64,000 nucleotides of DNA from Polyangiales bacterium (GCA_038231275.1 JBBRLQ010000009.1:128001-192000), one strand, 5' to 3'. Counted from the first letter of the stretch, positions 47,911-57,875 are shown. Numbers and translations are program-made. The notes: generated by a model not told the origin, from the sequence alone.

Positions 47911-48575
47911 ATCGCCTCAACGAGCGCGGGACCGCAGGTGTCGACGATCGCGTCGGCGCCTGCCGCGGCCAGCTCTGCGCGCGCGCCGCCGTGCGTCCCC
48001 ACGCCGACGACGCGTGCGCCGATCGCTCGCCCTGCGCAGACGTCGTGCTCGGTGTCGCCGACGACGACCACTGTGGTTGCGGCGGTAGCGACCTGTGCGC
48101 ATCGCGTGACGGCGGTGCGGAGGATCGCGTCGCGCGCTTCGGCGTCGCAGCCGTAGCCGCCGCGATCGAGGTCGAAGAGCTCGAGGAGGCCCGCCGAGCG
48201 GAGCTTGAGCGCCGCCCCCGCGCGGACGTTGCCAGTGCCGATCCCGACGATCGATCCGCGCGCCCGGCACGCCGCGAGCACCGATGCGACGTCTCCCACC
48301 GGCCGATAGCGGCGCTCCGACAGGATCGCCTCGAGCTCCTGCAGGTACGCGTCGAGCAGCTCGGCGACGGTCGCCTCGTCCTCGGGCGCGCCGGCCTTCC
48401 GGAGCAGCGCGCGCGCGATTGCTCGGTCAGTGCCTCCGGCGAAGCGCACGCCGCTCGACGACGACGAGACGCCGAAGACGCGATCCATCGCGCGATCGAT
48501 CGCCGCGCGGCCCGGGCCGGGGGCACCGTCGAAGGTGAGCGCCGTGCCGTCGAGATCGAAGAGAACGATGTGCAT
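47892..48575 (-). CDS. HAD-family hydrolase
   Basis: LFDLDGT, GTGN, VVGDTEHD. Confidence 0.9.
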   Translation of the reverse strand: MHIVLFDLDGTALTFDGAPGPGRAAIDRAMDRVFGVSSSSSGVRFAGGTDRAIARALLRKAGAPEDEATVAELLDAYLQELEAILSERRYRPVGDVASVLAACRARGSIVGIGTGNVRAGAALKLRSAGLLELFDLDRGGYGCDAEARDAILRTAVTRCAQVATAATTVVVVGDTEHDVCAGRAIGARVVGVGTHGGARAELAAAGADAIVDTCGPALVEAIYGGGP

Positions 48576-48610
48576 CGTGTGAGGAAAGAATAGCGCGAAC
48601 GGCTCTCGCG

Positions 48611-49468
48611 TCACTTGTTGAACCGGCTCACCAGGTTCTCCGTGACGCCGCGCTCCCAGAGCTCTGCGGCGATTCCCTTCACGTGGTCCCACGCGGCGGC
48701 GGGGCGCGGCGGGGCGCGCACGCGGCTCCGCGCTCTCACGTTCGCGCCGACGCGCCGCATCCACGCGCGCTCGTCGTCGTTCATCGGGCCGCGCGCGAGC
48801 GCCTCGAGGACGCCGTCGAGCTCGTCCGCGTTCTTGGGACCCGCGAGGCATTGAGCCACCGCGGGATGCGTGAGCACGAAGCGGTAGCAATCCGCGCCAC
48901 GTGGCTGCGCGTCGCCAGGCGGCGCAGCGCCTTCGGAGAGGAGCGTGCCCCATCGCGTCGCGGTGTACGCGACGACGCGCTTGCTGCGTGCGCTGGCGAG
49001 GGGCAGGACATCGTCCTCGGCGCCAGTGTGCGCCGCGTTGTAGCGGACCATCACGCCGTCGAGCGCGTCGTCGCGGAGGAGGGCGTCGAACGTGGGCCGC
49101 GCGTGGCAGGAGACGATGATGGAGCGGACGACGCCGCGCTCCTTGAGGCGCGTCGCGGCGTCGATGAGCGCGCGCGGCGGCGGGGTGTTCCAGAAGCCGA
49201 GGCAGAGCACGTCGATCGTGTCGACGCCGAGCCGCGCGCGGGCGAGCTCCACCGACGGACGGATCATCCAGGGCTCGCGCGCGAACGTCTGAATCGCGAT
49301 GCGCATCCGATCGCGCTCGCGCCGCGCGAGCCTGCGCACTGCGCCGCCGAAGTCGCCGCGGCGCAACGCACCCCAGAAATACGAGCGCAGGCCGCGCTCG
49401 AATGCGCGCTCCACCTCGCGCGCCGGCAACCCGTAGCTCGACGCGAGCGCGATGCGGTCGCCGTCCAT
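48611..49468 (-). CDS. Aldo/keto reductase family protein
   Basis: RLGVDTID, LKERG.VR.I.VSCH, MVRYNAAH, YRFVLTHPAV. Confidence 0.8.
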   Translation of the reverse strand: MDGDRIALASSYGLPAREVERAFERGLRSYFWGALRRGDFGGAVRRLARRERDRMRIAIQTFAREPWMIRPSVELARARLGVDTIDVLCLGFWNTPPPRALIDAATRLKERGVVRSIIVSCHARPTFDALLRDDALDGVMVRYNAAHTGAEDDVLPLASARSKRVVAYTATRWGTLLSEGAAPPGDAQPRGADCYRFVLTHPAVAQCLAGPKNADELDGVLEALARGPMNDDERAWMRRVGANVRARSRVRAPPRPAAAWDHVKGIAAELWERGVTENLVSRFNK

Positions 49469-49569
49469 GTCGCCCCAGCGTAGCAGCGGCGCGCCGCGAG
49501 GGCCTGCGAGGCTCGCGAGCCTGCGCGAGCGACGGCGTCGAATTTACGGGATTTTCGGCATGACGTACG

Positions 49570-49585
49570 TGGCGGGCTCCTTGCA
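49570..49585 (+). promoter_or_regulatory. sigma54 (-24/-12) promoter
   Basis: TGGCGGG-CTCC-TTGCA. Confidence 0.6.
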
Positions 49586-49599
49586 CTCGAATGGCCGCC

Positions 49600-50916
49600 G
49601 TGAGCTCTCGCGCGCTTCGACGGGTGGCGTTCTGCTTGGCTCCGCTCGTTCTCGCCGCCTGCTCCGACGGAGCCGCCGGCCCCGCAGCGACCCTCGACGT
49701 GCCGCCCGGCGCTCTCGCCTCGTCCGACGGGGGCGGCTCGCCCGACGCAGGGTTTTTGGGAAGCGACACCGGAGCGCCCGACCCTCCCGCGCGCGACGCC
49801 GGTCCGCCGGACGCGCAACCCATTCCGTGCCCCACCGGACTCGCCGCCCGCTGGACGTGCGACGGAAGCGCGCGCCAACGCTGCGTCGACGGCCGTCTCC
49901 TTCGCGACGCCTGCGCGTACGGTTGCGCGGACGCTGCGGACGGTGACGACGCCGCGTGCACGTGCGGCCCCAACGCGTCCTTCTCGCACTGGAACTGCCT
50001 CGCCGACGGAGACCTCCACGCATGCCCCGGCGGCGTGTACGTGGGTCGGGCGTGCGGCGCGGGTGGATGCGCAGCCGGTCCTCTCGGCACCAACGATGTG
50101 TGTATTATACAATCATCGAGCCTCGCTTCCGTCGTCGCGCGCCTCGGTGGCGAGTGCGGGCAGTTCTCTCCCGGCACGACCTGCGGTATCACCGTTCGCG
50201 ACTTGGTCACCGGCGAGACGGCGAGCGCCCGCGGCGACACACCGTTCGTGAGCGCCAGCTCCGCCAAGGCCCTCTGGGTCGCCGCCGCGCTCTACGACGT
50301 CGGCTCGGACGCCGTCGCGCCGCACGCCGACGCCATCTTTCGAAACTCCGACAACTACGAGTCCGGCGCCGTGATCGATCTCCTCGCGTCGCCTGCCCGC
50401 GTGAACACATTCATGTGGAACGATCTCGGCCTCGCGACGAGCGGCTACTGCGCGTGGGGATTCGGTCACCCGCGCAACGCCTCGAACTGCCCGCCGTCGA
50501 TGGGCGGCGACAACTTCTTCACGTCCGCGGACGTCGTCGCGTTCCTGACCGCGCTCTGGGACGGCTCGCTCCTCGGCGCTGCGACGAGCAAGACCGAGCT
50601 CGAATGGATGAAGCTATCGCCTCGCTCCGGCTACGGCGGGTGGCTGGGCACGCTGCTGCCGGCCGCCGCGCGCGCGACGATGCACCACAAGGCGGGCTGG
50701 CTCCCTCCGTCGGTGGTCCCCGGATATTCGAACGCGAACGAACTCGGGATCGTCGAGCCGCCGGGCGGTCACGCGTATGCCGTCGCGCTCCTCTTCGACG
50801 GCGGCACGAGCTACGACGAGAAGCAGCTGCCTACGCTCGAGTACGCGTCGTGCGTCGTCTACCACGCGGTCCTCGGCGACGCGGCGGACCCGTTCGCAGG
50901 CTGCACGCATCCCTGA
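49600..50916 (+). CDS. Lipoprotein: Cys-rich N-terminal region plus class A beta-lactamase/PBP-like serine hydrolase
   Basis: Lipobox LAAC; SSAK (SxxK), SDN and HKAG motifs; start GTG 49600 or ATG 49591. Confidence 0.8.
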   Translation: MSSRALRRVAFCLAPLVLAACSDGAAGPAATLDVPPGALASSDGGGSPDAGFLGSDTGAPDPPARDAGPPDAQPIPCPTGLAARWTCDGSARQRCVDGRLLRDACAYGCADAADGDDAACTCGPNASFSHWNCLADGDLHACPGGVYVGRACGAGGCAAGPLGTNDVCIIQSSSLASVVARLGGECGQFSPGTTCGITVRDLVTGETASARGDTPFVSASSAKALWVAAALYDVGSDAVAPHADAIFRNSDNYESGAVIDLLASPARVNTFMWNDLGLATSGYCAWGFGHPRNASNCPPSMGGDNFFTSADVVAFLTALWDGSLLGAATSKTELEWMKLSPRSGYGGWLGTLLPAAARATMHHKAGWLPPSVVPGYSNANELGIVEPPGGHAYAVALLFDGGTSYDEKQLPTLEYASCVVYHAVLGDAADPFAGCTHP

Positions 50917-50931
50917 GCGCTTCGATCACTA

Positions 50932-51705
50932 TCAATCGATCGGCGTGGCGTTGCGCGCGTGCGTCAGGACCGGCGCCGGAGAGAGCCCGCCGGTGTTCGC
51001 GACGAAGATGGCCACGTGCTGCGTACGGTGCGGCTGTCCCGCCTCGTCGCGCACGACGTCATGCCAGCGCGCCACGAGCTCTTGCTTCGGGAGGTACGCG
51101 TAGCTGCCGGGCGTGCTGGGATCCATGAAGAAGTAGACGTCCTCTTCGGCGGCGGACGGAGTCGACGGCACCGCGGCCTTGCCGGCGCCGACGAGCACGA
51201 CGTAGTGACCGTCGTCGTAGTCGCTCTCCCACGGCACTTGCTCGGTGGCGTGTGTCCGCTCCTGCCATGCCTCGATGTCCACGATCGTCGGCTCGCCGCG
51301 CGCGAGGGCGCGATCGAGATCGTCCGTCGTCGCTTCGGTCCGCAGTTCGGCGGTCAAGCCGGTTTGCATCGCCGCGAACGAGGCGATCGCTCGCGGCTCC
51401 GTGCCGTCGTGCGATGTCGTCCCGAGCGCCTCGATGAGATCGCCCTCGGTCGTCTCGCGGAAGCTCTCCGGCTTCCAGTAACGAAGAACGGAGAGCAGCG
51501 CCGCGTTCCCGCACGTGTAGTCCGTGCGCTGCGGGAGAAGCGGCACGCGCAGCGCTTCCGAGGGGAGCGGGATGGCGCCCGGATTGGCGGCGGTCGAGTG
51601 CGGGGCGGGCGCGGCGGCGTCCGAGGTCGCCGTGAAGCACAGCGCGCCGATCGCGACGCAGACGAGCGACACGGGCGAGGCGAGGGCCTTTCGGAGCGAC
51701 CGCAA
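50932..51705 (-). CDS. Secreted C39-like cysteine peptidase
   Basis: Signal peptide; QRTDYTCG, GHYVVLVG, FMDP. Confidence 0.85.
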   Translation of the reverse strand: MRSLRKALASPVSLVCVAIGALCFTATSDAAAPAPHSTAANPGAIPLPSEALRVPLLPQRTDYTCGNAALLSVLRYWKPESFRETTEGDLIEALGTTSHDGTEPRAIASFAAMQTGLTAELRTEATTDDLDRALARGEPTIVDIEAWQERTHATEQVPWESDYDDGHYVVLVGAGKAAVPSTPSAAEEDVYFFMDPSTPGSYAYLPKQELVARWHDVVRDEAGQPHRTQHVAIFVANTGGLSPAPVLTHARNATPID

Positions 51706-51719
51706 GCGTTGAATCTAGC

Positions 51720-53306
51720 TCAAAAGCGGGCGCCGAGCATGGCCCCGCCGGTCGCCCCCGGGACCCCGCGTACGCGCGCGGCTTCGCGCAGGAAAAGCAC
51801 GCTCGCCCGTGCGCCGAGCTCGCCGAAGAGCGTGGGGCCCAGGTCCACCCGGTACGCGGCGAGGACGTCGGGGCCGACCACGAACGCGCCGCTGTGAGTG
51901 GCGGCAGCGCCGGACTGCGACGGTTCGAGCGTCTGCCAGAGCCACCCCGCGCGCGCGCCGCCGCCGATCCGCAGCATCGAGGTCGCCCACGGCACCCGAA
52001 CCTCGAGCCCCGCGCGTCCGAAGCCGGTGACGAGGCGCTCGGTCGTGTCCGGAAGCGTGCGTCCCGCGAAGTCGGCGCCGCCGCCGATCGACAGCGCGAG
52101 CTTGCCCCACGCGTACGCGTACCCGCCGCGAGGTCCGTGCACGAGGCCGGTGCGTGTGTCGGCGCCTGCGTCGTAGCCCGCCTCGATCTCGTGATGCGTC
52201 GCGCGCGCGGGCGCGGCGATCACGTCGGCGTCCCCCTTCGAGGCGACCGCATCGAGCGTCGACGTCGCGAAGTCGCGCTCCTCGAGCTTGCGCTCCTCGC
52301 CTGCGACGACGGCGATCTGCGCCATGCCGCCGGTCGCGCCGAGACGCCGCTGAACGACGTAGCTCCCCGGCGGCACCGCCAGCGCGATGCGGCGATCGGC
52401 CGAGCCCCACAGCTCCGACACGACGCTCTTCGCGGCGCCGGCGTACACGAGAAAATGCGTGTCCTTCGCGATCGGCAGCGACAACGTCGACATGCGCGGC
52501 GCCGTCTGCGTCAGGACCACCGGCGACAGCTCGTGGAGGTTCACCACCGCCTCGGGCTTCTGCATGACGCCGCTGCTCTTCGCCGAACGGATGAGGGTCT
52601 GCGAGTAGGCGAACGCGAAGCTCTCGTCGAGCGTCACACGCGCGTCGCCGTTGGCGTCGGCGGCGCCGCGCAGCCCATTGAGCCACGCGTGCGTGAAGAG
52701 CGCGCCGCGGAGCTCGTCGGACTCCTGCGCCGCCTCGCCGTCGCTCGACGCGTGGAGCCACACCTGCCCGGTCGCCTGCGTGCTCGTCGTCGTCGAGATG
52801 GTGAACGGCTCGTCCTGCACAAAGCCCTTGTCGCGCGTGGTACGGCACGCGTCGGTGATCGCGATGCGGAGCGCGGCGGGCACTTGCTCGAGCTTCGCCG
52901 CGACCTCGGTCAGGAGCACGCGCTCGTCGCCGAGATGGAGCGCCTCGCGATCGCCATGGCCGCTGAAATAGAAGACGAGCGTGACCTCTTCGGGCTTGTG
53001 CTTCTTCGCCTCGTCGGCGCCCTTCTCGAACGCGGCGAGTAGCTGCGCACGGGTCGGCTCGGCGAGGACGAAGGTGTGCTCGGGCTTCACGCCGCCGAAC
53101 GCGACGAGCACGTCGCGAACGCGCGCGGCGTCGGTGTCGGCGTACTTGAGCGGGTGCTCGGCGGCGAGGCCAAGCTTGTGTCCCGCCGCGACGAGGATGC
53201 GCACCGGCTCCGCGCGCGCAACGCTGCACCACGTAGACGCCGCGGTCAGCACGAACGCCGTCACGAACGGCAACGCGCGCCTCGATCGGCCTCTACGCCC
53301 CGTCAC
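51720..53306 (-). CDS. Exported caspase-family (C14) peptidase with C-terminal beta-barrel-like domain
   Basis: Signal peptide; LKYADTDA, FYFSGHG, TDACR, AAQESDEL.GALFTH; terminal Phe; GTGA overlap. Confidence 0.88.
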   Translation of the reverse strand: MTGRRGRSRRALPFVTAFVLTAASTWCSVARAEPVRILVAAGHKLGLAAEHPLKYADTDAARVRDVLVAFGGVKPEHTFVLAEPTRAQLLAAFEKGADEAKKHKPEEVTLVFYFSGHGDREALHLGDERVLLTEVAAKLEQVPAALRIAITDACRTTRDKGFVQDEPFTISTTTSTQATGQVWLHASSDGEAAQESDELRGALFTHAWLNGLRGAADANGDARVTLDESFAFAYSQTLIRSAKSSGVMQKPEAVVNLHELSPVVLTQTAPRMSTLSLPIAKDTHFLVYAGAAKSVVSELWGSADRRIALAVPPGSYVVQRRLGATGGMAQIAVVAGEERKLEERDFATSTLDAVASKGDADVIAAPARATHHEIEAGYDAGADTRTGLVHGPRGGYAYAWGKLALSIGGGADFAGRTLPDTTERLVTGFGRAGLEVRVPWATSMLRIGGGARAGWLWQTLEPSQSGAAATHSGAFVVGPDVLAAYRVDLGPTLFGELGARASVLFLREAARVRGVPGATGGAMLGARF

Positions 53307-54064
53307 GGCGCCTCCCACTCGACGCTCAACGTCCGCACGCCATCGGCCCGCTTGCCGTTCGGCTGCTTGCCGTTCGGCTGCTTGCCGTCGCGCGCCCGCT
53401 TCACGTCGGCTGGCGCGCCGACGAGGATCGTGCCGTTCGCGCGGTGCTCGTCGATTCGTACCGATTTCTCGGAAAAATGCGTCCCCGCGTCGCGGATTGC
53501 CTCCGGCATCAGCTCGACCCAGCTTCCATCGTCCCCCAGCACGCCGGCGAGTATGGCCTGAGAACGGTCCAGCGCAACCTCGACGCGCAACCGGTCCCCC
53601 GGGCGAACCCGCACGGTCCCGACGAATCGATCTTGCGCGCCGGTGCGATCGCGCACGACCGCGAGCTGTACGCCACCCTTGAACGTCGTGTCAGGATCGT
53701 TCTCTGCCAACGCAACGGGCGCGACGGAGGCGGAGCCAGGCGTGGTGGCCGTGGTCGTCGTCAGCGGCGCTCGAAGGAAGAGCACGGCGGCGGCCGCGGC
53801 GGCGAGGGGCACCCCTGCGGACGCGAGGAGGGTGAAGCGGCGTCGTGTCTCGTGGCGCCGCGCCTCGCCGAGCGCGCGGTCCATCGGTGTGCGCATCGTG
53901 AGGGTCTTGGCGCGCGCGACGAAGCCTCGGCACGCGTCGCATCCTTCGACGTGCGCGACCACGCGCGGCGAGTCTTCGCCCGCGGCGAACGCTTCGAGAT
54001 CGAGCGCGCTCGGATGGCTGGAAGTCGGGGTGGGTCGAGTGGGTTCGGTGGGCGCCTGGGTCAT
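53303..54064 (-). CDS. Zinc-finger (HxxxCxxC) anti-sigma-like membrane protein
   Basis: HVEGCDAC, TM segment, TTFKG followed by an Ig-like domain; ATGA overlap with the ECF gene. Confidence 0.75.
   Translation of the reverse strand: MTQAPTEPTRPTPTSSHPSALDLEAFAAGEDSPRVVAHVEGCDACRGFVARAKTLTMRTPMDRALGEARRHETRRRFTLLASAGVPLAAAAAAVLFLRAPLTTTTATTPGSASVAPVALAENDPDTTFKGGVQLAVVRDRTGAQDRFVGTVRVRPGDRLRVEVALDRSQAILAGVLGDDGSWVELMPEAIRDAGTHFSEKSVRIDEHRANGTILVGAPADVKRARDGKQPNGKQPNGKRADGVRTLSVEWEAP
53351..53388. repeat. 15-nt tandem repeat (about 2.5 copies), encoding GKQPN repeats
   Basis: CTTGCCGTTCGGCTG x2 plus CTTGCCGT. Confidence 0.85.
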
Positions 54065-54576
54065 GACGCGGCCTCCTCGGGCGGCTCTTCGAGGCGAAGG
54101 CGAAGCGTGCCGCGAAGCTCCTGCGCGCGCTTGTTCACGGTGACGCGCGACACGCCGAGCTCGTCGGCGGCCTCCGACTGGGTCATCCCGTCGACGAAGA
54201 GCATGATCGCGAGCGTCTGCTGATCGGGGAGCAGCGCGTCGAGCGCTTCGAGCACGGCCCGTCGCGCGTCGACGTCGACGCCGGGCGCAGGTCCCAGCGC
54301 GTCGACGTCGTCGATGGGCAACGCTTCACGCACGCGCTTTCGTCGCCGCAAGAGATCGAGGCTCGTTCGCTCGACCGCGCGGCACAGCCACCTGAACGGC
54401 GAGGCCGCGTCGCGGAGCGGCTCGCCGCGGCGGAGCAACGTGGCGCAGAGCTCGTGGAGCGCGTCCTCCGCGAGAACGTCGTCGCGCAAGAGAAGGCGGC
54501 ACCGTCGCTCGAGCAGCGGTCCATAGCGGCGATACACTTCGCTCACCTCGCTGGCGGTCAGACCGCGAAAGATCAC
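54061..54576 (-). CDS. ECF RNA polymerase sigma factor
   Basis: YRRYGP....RC..LLRD...AEDA, WL.R, DGMTQSEAA.ELGVSRVTV.KR. Confidence 0.88.
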   Translation of the reverse strand: MIFRGLTASEVSEVYRRYGPLLERRCRLLLRDDVLAEDALHELCATLLRRGEPLRDAASPFRWLCRAVERTSLDLLRRRKRVREALPIDDVDALGPAPGVDVDARRAVLEALDALLPDQQTLAIMLFVDGMTQSEAADELGVSRVTVNKRAQELRGTLRLRLEEPPEEAAS

Positions 54577-54596
54577 GCGACCTCGATGCGCTCAGT

Positions 54597-54621
54597 GCCT
54601 GACCGGAAAAGACGGTCAGGC
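54597..54621. other. Inverted repeat upstream of the ECF gene (terminator or operator)
   Basis: GCCTGACCG-GAAAAGA-CGGTCAGGC. Confidence 0.5.
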
Positions 54622-54662
54622 CTTCTTTCAGGAGCGTTTCGCTCCGCTGCGCTTCGCTCCAC

Positions 54663-55799
54663 TCAGTCCACCGACGCGTCGAAGCTGCCGCCGTCGAGGT
54701 CGCCCGAATCCTTGAACGGGCCGGCGTCGGAGGAGGTGATCGCCACCGTGCAGGGCCACCCGAGCGGCACCTTGGCGTCGACCGTGAGCGACTCGCCGCC
54801 GATGCCCGCGCAGGGCAGGTCGGGGTAGAGAATGTCGCTCGAGCAGAGCCCCTCGGGCGGCGCGGGCGGCGGCGCGGGGCACGAGACGTCGTATTTCCAG
54901 CTGCGCCCGTCGGCGGAGCAGTGGAGCTTGGGATCGGTCGGCGACGGATAGCCGCTCGGGCCGCTCCCGCCGGTCGTCACGTTCGGGGTACCCGTCGAGC
55001 CGCTGTTGCCGGTGTCGAGCGTCGTCGAGCTACTCTGGCACACTGCGCCTGGCAGGCGCGGCGTCGACGACGAGAGCTTCAGCTCCACCTCGTTCAGCGG
55101 CAGCCAGCGCCCCTCGCTCCACGCGAGGTTGAAGCCCTCGACGGGGAGGATGCCGGACTTGTCGCGGAGCTTCTCGTAATCCAGCGAGCCGCCGCCGCGA
55201 AGATCCGCGATGAACAGCTCCTTGTTGCCGCCGAGCAGCCGATCGGGCGACGCGGCGGTGGAGCCGTTGAGGTCGAGCGCGCCGTTGCCGTTCGCGTCTT
55301 CGTAGACCACGAAGCCCGCGACCGCGACGGTGAGCGCCGGCCCGATCTGTCCACCCGCCTGTCCACCCGCCGTGTCCTTGATGCGAATCGCGTGGGCGGC
55401 GACGCCTGCGTCATCCGAGCCCGTGTTGCCGGTGCTCCCGCTGCCGCCGCTGCCGCTCGACGGCGGGCTCGACTGGCCGGGCGCGCTGACCGTGCTGTCG
55501 CTGCCGGACTCGTCCATGAAATACGCCTCGGGCGGCGTCTCGAGCGTCATCGAGAAGCGCCCGCCGGAGATCGCGACGTCGGCGCCCACCGCGTAGCCGC
55601 CCGTCTTTCCGGCGCGCCAAACCAAGGCGACGCGCGCGCTCGACGACGCGCCGGTGCCGGTCAACGCTCCCGAGATCGTGGCGACCTTGCCCGAGCCCTT
55701 GATCGTCGGATCGCTGATCCCGCCGCACGCGACGGCGAGGGCGACGAGGGAGGCGCTGGCGGAAGCTGCGAAGAAAGCGCGTCGAATGGGCATGGGCAT
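54663..55799 (-). CDS. Hypothetical lipoprotein
   Basis: Lipobox AVAC; VVYEDANGNGALD Ca-binding-like loop; Cys-containing C-terminus. Confidence 0.75.
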   Translation of the reverse strand: MPMPIRRAFFAASASASLVALAVACGGISDPTIKGSGKVATISGALTGTGASSSARVALVWRAGKTGGYAVGADVAISGGRFSMTLETPPEAYFMDESGSDSTVSAPGQSSPPSSGSGGSGSTGNTGSDDAGVAAHAIRIKDTAGGQAGGQIGPALTVAVAGFVVYEDANGNGALDLNGSTAASPDRLLGGNKELFIADLRGGGSLDYEKLRDKSGILPVEGFNLAWSEGRWLPLNEVELKLSSSTPRLPGAVCQSSSTTLDTGNSGSTGTPNVTTGGSGPSGYPSPTDPKLHCSADGRSWKYDVSCPAPPPAPPEGLCSSDILYPDLPCAGIGGESLTVDAKVPLGWPCTVAITSSDAGPFKDSGDLDGGSFDASVD

Positions 55800-55897
55800 C
55801 TCCGAGGAAGAGGTTCTTGCCCCGTAGACGCAGCGAGCGGGGGAAGGTGTAAAGCACGCCTCGAAGATTTATCAAACCTACACGAGCCTACACGGCT

Positions 55898-56329
55898 TCA
55901 TCCGTGCGGGAAGAGCGGGCGCCCGTAGGGCAAAAACGGCCACGGCATGCCCATCAAAATCAAGATGAGGGCGATCGCCGTCCACATGACGACCTTGCGC
56001 TTGCGCGTCTCGTCGTCCTTCGCGCGGCGGCCCGCGACGCGGCCCACGTGCACGATCGCGATCGCGATGATCATCGCGAATGGGTGCTCCACCGCCCAGA
56101 AGCGGAGCGCGTGATCCTTCATCGCCGCCTTCATGTTCGACAGCGCGAGCTGCGTGACCGGGCTCACGGCCGTGTACATGAGGAGACCGAGCAGGGCCTG
56201 CGTGTCGGCGGCGATGACGAGGGCGAGCCCCGGCCGCTTCTCGAGCGGCCGCGCGAGGGTCCACACGGCCGCGCCGACGAGGAGCCAGCGGACTAGTCCG
56301 TGCAAAAAGAGCAGCGTGGAATAGAGCAC
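55898..56329 (-). CDS. Small 4-TM membrane protein with conserved His residues (cytochrome b-like)
   Basis: LHGLVRW, QALLGL, EHP..M..AI...H.G, PWPF. Confidence 0.7.
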   Translation of the reverse strand: MLYSTLLFLHGLVRWLLVGAAVWTLARPLEKRPGLALVIAADTQALLGLLMYTAVSPVTQLALSNMKAAMKDHALRFWAVEHPFAMIIAIAIVHVGRVAGRRAKDDETRKRKVVMWTAIALILILMGMPWPFLPYGRPLFPHG

Positions 56330-56338
56330 GCGGCCACC

Positions 56339-56824
56339 TTACCGTGCGGCTCGCCCTCGTGGCCCCTTCTTTCGCGCGCGCGCGACGGCGAGGGGGCCGC
56401 GCGGCTTGCGGGGCTTGGGGACCTTTCCGATCCGCGGATCGCGCGCGCGCACGAGCTCGCACGCGCGGAGCACTTCGTCCTCGAAGGTCGCGGCGTCGGC
56501 GGGGAGGATCTGCCACCCGGTCTCGCCGCCACCCGCGAGGACGCCGATCGCGCGGAGGCTCGGCATCTCCGCGCGCAGCGTCGCGTGGTGCTCGCGCACG
56601 GTGGCTACCCACACGCCGTTGTCGCGCGGATGGCTAGGCCGATCGCGCAGCGCGAAGACGATCTTGTCGTCCACGTAGACCGCCGTGCACCCAAAGAGCG
56701 GCCGCGTCGTCGGCCCGACCGCATCGAGCTCGGCCAGGACGAAGTCGAACGGCACCGGTTTGCTGCGCGCGGCGGCGAACAGCGCCTCGTCGGGGCGCGG
56801 GGACATCCTCTTCTTCGGCCGCAT
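56339..56824 (-). CDS. TfoX N-terminal-like domain protein
   Basis: RPLFGCTAVYVDDKIVF.LR, DNGVW, DPRIG. Confidence 0.65.
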   Translation of the reverse strand: MRPKKRMSPRPDEALFAAARSKPVPFDFVLAELDAVGPTTRPLFGCTAVYVDDKIVFALRDRPSHPRDNGVWVATVREHHATLRAEMPSLRAIGVLAGGGETGWQILPADAATFEDEVLRACELVRARDPRIGKVPKPRKPRGPLAVARARKKGPRGRAAR

Positions 56825-56906
56825 GCGCTCGCGTAGGATAGTCGCGCCTCGCCCGGAGCGCTGCACGAAGACTACGCGCGCGCGTCGAAGGTCACGACCG
56901 GCACGC

Positions 56907-57875
56907 TCACGGCGTGACGGCGCCGTTCCAGCGATCGCGGAGGTACGGCAGCATCGTCTCGTTCATGCCCCAGATGTGATCGATGTGATCCTTCACGCCT
57001 TGCCCCTCGAAGCCCTTCACGTGGAAGGCGCCGCGGTGGCTCTCGTAAATCTGTCGCATGTTGCGCGGACCGACGGTGGCGTTGACGGTCTTGGGCGTGC
57101 TCGTGATCTTGAGGAGCGTACCGATCGTCTCTCCCGCGCTCGGGTAGCCGTACGTCGGGATCGACGAGTGCGTGAGCACGAACAGCTTCTCGCCGCGGAA
57201 CGCCGCCTCCGCGATCTTCGCGTATTTCGCGAGGGGGGCTTCGTTGACGACGCGCTTGCGCTCGTCGGAGTAGCCGGAGTGCAGGCCGTCGGCGAGGAGC
57301 ACCGCGTCGATGCGCTTGACCGTCGCAGGATCGCGCAAGAGGGCGCTCACCGCGCCGTAGCCCGCGCTCCACGCCGAAAGCGCGATGCGTCCGACGCGGG
57401 CGCCAGGCGCGCGGCCGCTCTTGTCGACGTGGTGGTCGGTGGCGTTGAGGATGCGCGTCAGGGCCGCCGGATCGCGAAACGCGTCCTCGTAGGGGCCCGA
57501 GCCCATGCCGAGGTTGACGCTCACGACGACCGCGTTGAGGTGCGTGCGCTCGACGTTGGTGTCTTGCGCCTCGTGCATCCCGTGAAAGTGGACGACGACG
57601 TCGTAGCTGCCGTTCGCGGCGTGAAAGAACGTCGGGATGTAGAGATCGCAGTGACCGAAATGCGCGTGGTACGCGGGCTCGGGCGACGGCTCGGCGGCGT
57701 GCTCGTTCGCTTTCTGCGAGCGGCTGTCGGCCGGCGAAATGCGCGCTTGCGATTTCGGACCGCGATCTGCGCTGCCCGTCGCGCCAAGAGTGCGGGGCGC
57801 CGCGACGAGCGCGAGCGAAATGGCGGCGATCGAAAAGGCCGTGCGACCGATCCTCGTGGCTCCGACTCGACCCAT
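56907..57875 (-). CDS. Exported alpha/beta-hydrolase-like protein
   Basis: VVHFHG, LSAWSAGY (nucleophile elbow), LLADGLH, DH. Confidence 0.65.
   Translation of the reverse strand: MGRVGATRIGRTAFSIAAISLALVAAPRTLGATGSADRGPKSQARISPADSRSQKANEHAAEPSPEPAYHAHFGHCDLYIPTFFHAANGSYDVVVHFHGMHEAQDTNVERTHLNAVVVSVNLGMGSGPYEDAFRDPAALTRILNATDHHVDKSGRAPGARVGRIALSAWSAGYGAVSALLRDPATVKRIDAVLLADGLHSGYSDERKRVVNEAPLAKYAKIAEAAFRGEKLFVLTHSSIPTYGYPSAGETIGTLLKITSTPKTVNATVGPRNMRQIYESHRGAFHVKGFEGQGVKDHIDHIWGMNETMLPYLRDRWNGAVTP

Noticed and set aside
54640..54664. CGCTCCGCTGCGCTTCGCTCC short repeat as a REP element
   Set aside because: Too short, and no second copy seen in the window
56339..56824. TfoX-like gene as regulator of comM-recA
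   Set aside because: About 19 kb away; stand-alone TfoX-N-like proteins are widespread and nothing here links them
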